A DNA stretch of 18,814 nt from a virus. Shown here in pieces: positions 16,525 to 18,814 of the stretch. Every line of letters begins with the position of its first letter. Position 1 is the stretch's first letter. Both the position numbers and the translations under genes were made by a program. The notes under the pieces were generated by a model. That model saw nothing but the letters and a program-made list of their open reading frames with translations, had not been told where the DNA came from and searched no databases. Where the stretch lies: the UHGV virus genome UHGV-2198042; one strand, written 5' to 3'.

Positions 16525-17559
16525 CTAATCGACCAGAATCATGCCAACACATCCTTTTTCTCGCTTGATTCGACGACTTTCGCTGACGATTTGAGCCAGA
16601 GATAATCCCGGCGTGTCGTCGATGTAAAGCAGGTCGATTTCACTCAAGCGATTGGCTGTTTCGATCGCCCTGTTGAAGTCACCATCGTAATCACCCTGAT
16701 AGCCGTCATCAGCGTCATTTGTCGCCGGAATGTAAAAAATATTCGGGTTAACACCTGACTTCTGTCCTACCAGCTTTTCCAGTATCTGGTCGCCTGGCAT
16801 TTCAAGACTGAACATCAGAGCGGGCTTTTTCTCATGCACTGCGCAGTTGATTGCCATCTGGCTGTATAGCGTCGTTTTCCCCATCTTAGGGCGAGCGCCA
16901 ATGACGAACAGAGAGCCTTTCACCAGACCTTTCGGTGACAGCATCCTGTCCAGAGATGGGATCCCTGTGCTCATTCCTCGTTGTTCGCCTGACGGGTCAA
17001 ATCGCTTCTCAAGGTCGCTAACCCAGTCTTCCATGACCTCACCAAATGAGCGAAGGCCGCGACGCGATCCGGTTTTTGCATGGTCTGTCAGTTGCGTGAA
17101 AATCGCCTGAATAGCTTCGTACTTCTGCGTTGCAGTCATTCCGTTGCGGGAATAGAGCAATTCCGTCGCTTCAGTCATGCGGTTGATGGCGTAGCGTTCC
17201 ATTGCGGTTTCACGAACCTGCATTGCATAGGCAACGATGTTTGCTGCGCTTGGCGTGTTCTTTGCGATCTCAGCGATATAAGCAAAACCGCCAACAGACG
17301 CCGTTAACGATTTACGCTCCAGTTCATCGAAAAGCGTCAGGCCATCTACTGGCTTTTGCTCCCGGTGCATTCTGGTTATTTCTTCGAAAAGGATTTTGTG
17401 TGGTCGGCTGTAAAATGAATCAGGCTTCAGCATCGCCAGAACTTTCTGGACGCGCTCACTGCTGTCATCATCCAGAAGCAATCCACCAATCACCGCCTGC
17501 TCTGCCTCGATGCTATGGGGCGGCGCATAAAAATTATCGGTCATCGTGTTCACCCTCAC
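16525..17559 (-). pseudogene. DnaB-like replicative helicase (P22 gene 12 type), 3'-truncated at Walker B
   Basis: 344 aa; Walker A GARPKMGKT present; ends ...GCVGMILVD* exactly where the DnaB Walker B motif (hhhhDYLQ) should continue; about 100 C-terminal residues missing. Confidence 0.7.
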
Positions 17560-18115
17560 GAACTTTCAGGTAGGTATTATCGTTAAGCAGGAAATCAAAT
17601 CCCTTTTTGTGCCAGACGGTTCCGCGTTGATGGTTTGGGCGCTCTTCGAACATCCATCGGCAATTTTCGCCAACGTAGCTCAAATAATTTCTCCAGTCCT
17701 GCATCGTGAACCCATGCCCGTCAAGTTGGCGTGTTATTACTCCGGCTTTGCGCCAGAACGTTCGGATCTGGTTTTTACGCTTGTCATTCAGTGCGCGGAT
17801 TCTTGGCGCTTCAGGAAGGATTTCGTGGTAAGCATCGACAACATCCTGACAGCTGACGGAAGGTTTTTTCTTGTCAGACTTTTTGTCTGCTGTGGCACTC
17901 TCTAATACGTCAGTATTAGAGATATTATTTATATTATTGTTTATGGACAACTGTTGGACAACCGTTGGACAATCTCCGCTGAGAGCCGCACCATTACTGG
18001 TGTTTGCGTTGGACAACCGTTGGACAACCGTTGGACAATTTTTTGACTGAAAATCGTCATATTTAACGATTGTAAACAGGCTAAATTTCTTCCCCATCGC
18101 GCAAATATTAAGCAT
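17534..18115 (-). CDS. replication initiator (O-like, iteron-containing); start codon uncertain
   Basis: Overlaps helicase start as in O-P / gene 18-12 arrangements; contains the iteron cluster in its 5' part (repeated CPTVVQRLS); the ORF-track N-terminal 37 codons overlap the int-homologous segment, so an internal Met (about 18115 or 18097) is more likely. Confidence 0.5.
   Translation of the reverse strand: MLNICAMGKKFSLFTIVKYDDFQSKNCPTVVQRLSNANTSNGAALSGDCPTVVQQLSINNNINNISNTDVLESATADKKSDKKKPSVSCQDVVDAYHEILPEAPRIRALNDKRKNQIRTFWRKAGVITRQLDGHGFTMQDWRNYLSYVGENCRWMFEERPNHQRGTVWHKKGFDFLLNDNTYLKVREGEHDDR
17944..18038. repeat. replication origin iterons: six copies of an 11-bp unit NNGTTGGACAA in two triplets, flanked by an AT-rich tract
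   Basis: Seen directly: atggacaa/ctgttggacaa/ccgttggacaa and gcgttggacaa/ccgttggacaa/ccgttggacaa; AT-rich tattagagatattatttatattattgtttat adjacent (about 17900-17943). Confidence 0.7.
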
Positions 18116-18217
18116 CCCTTTCGACTCAAAAGTCCGTAATAAGCTCCGAACTTTGTTGTCGGGGATGAATGTTTCTCTGACCAGCGACGGGCGTCCAGTT
18201 GTCCGATAGCTCCCTGT

Positions 18218-18664
18218 ACCGGGCAACGAGTCGGTGATTTATGCGAAATGAAGTGGTCTGATATCGTAGATGGATATCTTTATGTCGAGCAAAGCAAAAC
18301 GGGCGTAAAAATTGCCATCCCTACAACATTGCATGTTGATGCTCTCGGGATATCAATGAAGGAAACACTTGATAAATGCAAAGAGATTCTTGGCGGAGAA
18401 ACCATAATTGCATCTACTCGTCGAGAACCGCTTTCATCCGGCACAGTATCAAGGTATTTTATGCGCGCACGAAAAGCATCAGGTCTTTCCTTCGAAGGGG
18501 ATCCGCCTACCTTTCACGAGTTGCGCAGTTTGTCTGCAAGACTCTATGAGAAGCAGATAAGCGATAAGTTTGCTCAACATCTTCTCGGGCATAAGTCGGA
18601 CACCATGGCATCACAGTATCGTGATGACAGAGGCAGGGAGTGGGACAAAATTGAAATCAAATAA
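18218..18664 (+). pseudogene. int: integrase C-terminal fragment (lambda Int residues about 209-356)
   Basis: Translation ...TGQRVGDLCEMKWSDIVDGYLYVEQSKTGVKIAIPT...HELRSLSARLYEKQISDKFAQHLLGHKSDTMASQYRDDRGREWDKIEIK* is near-identical to the lambda Int C-terminus from memory; upstream of about 18218 the frame is unrelated and hits a stop at 18140-18142. Confidence 0.85.
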
Positions 18665-18737
18665 TGATTTTATTTTGACTGATAGTGACCTGTTCGTTGC
18701 AACAAATTGATAAGCAATGCTTTTTTATAATGCCAAC
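18665..18737. promoter_or_regulatory. attP P'-arm homologue with Int arm-type sites
   Basis: tgactgatagtgacctgttcgttgcaacaaattgataagcaatgcttttttataatgccaac matches the lambda P' arm from memory. Confidence 0.7.
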
Positions 18738-18752
18738 TTAGTATAAAAAAGC
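18738..18752. repeat. att core (O) copy, attL-type junction (B-O-P' read on minus strand)
   Basis: ttagtataaaaaagc followed by aggcttca..., matching the attB B arm from memory. Confidence 0.85.
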
Positions 18753-18814
18753 AGGCTTCAACGGATTCATTTTTCTATTTCATAGCCCGGAGCAACCTGT
18801 GAACACATTTTCAG
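18753..18814. other. host chromosomal flank (attB arm) outside prophage
   Basis: Sequence beyond the core has no phage features and begins with the attB B-arm motif. Confidence 0.6.

Larger units (their letters stand above)
63..18752 (-). mobile_element. defective lambdoid prophage (inverted in window), bounded by lambda-type att cores
   Basis: Identical 15-bp core TTAGTATAAAAAAGC at 63-77 and 18738-18752; lambda-like P arm inside the left copy, P' arm plus int 3' end inside the right copy; phage tail, lysis, nin and replication genes in between, nearly all on the minus strand. Confidence 0.85.

Noticed and set aside
17944-18038. Short direct repeats that could be taken for a CRISPR array
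   Set aside because: Units are only 11 bp with 0-2 bp spacers, lie inside a coding region next to an AT-rich tract, and fit a replication-origin iteron cluster; no cas genes.
17534-18226. ORF-track start at 18226 for the initiator gene
   Set aside because: The first 37 codons overlap the opposite-strand int-homologous segment and the deletion junction; an internal Met (about 18115 or 18097) is a more plausible start.
18248-18664. Int ORF as a complete gene starting at Met 18248
   Set aside because: Int homology continues upstream to about 18218 in the same frame and the protein lacks the N-terminal domains; the Met is residue M219 of an Int-like sequence, not a start codon.
1-18814. Insertion sequences or transposase genes explaining the deletions
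   Set aside because: No transposase-like ORF or terminal inverted repeats seen; the deletion junctions appear to be direct fusions.

Overview
Almost the whole window (about 63-18752) is one heavily deleted lambdoid prophage, lying inverted relative to the + strand and bounded by two copies of the lambda-type 15-bp att core (TTAGTATAAAAAAGC at 63-77 and 18738-18752) with host attB-like flanks outside. All family assignments are from reading the ORF translations and recalling known phage proteins; no database search was run, and hand-derived coordinates may be off by 1-2 nt. In window order: attR P-arm with a sib/tI-like hairpin; tail fibre and tfa (plus a vestigial inverted tfa C-terminus); a Mu/P2-like baseplate module interrupted by an AT-rich two-gene insert (a signal-peptide protein and an antisense DUF4236-like mini-protein); a tape-measure protein with a lytic transglycosylase domain; a terS N-terminal stub; a KilA-N cassette; an intact lambda-like lysis cassette (S, R, Rz/Rz1); tRNA-like relics and an HNH fragment; a Q antiterminator; nin-region genes (ninH, rusA, ybcO-like, Rha/KilAC, ninF); a DnaB-like helicase truncated at Walker B; an iteron-bearing initiator gene; and a lambda Int C-terminal fragment. 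Head, terminase, sheath/tube, immunity and xis genes are absent, so the element looks immobile and non-inducible. The most interesting candidate is the insert inside the baseplate operon, whose secreted protein shares a 17-residue motif with the tape-measure protein.
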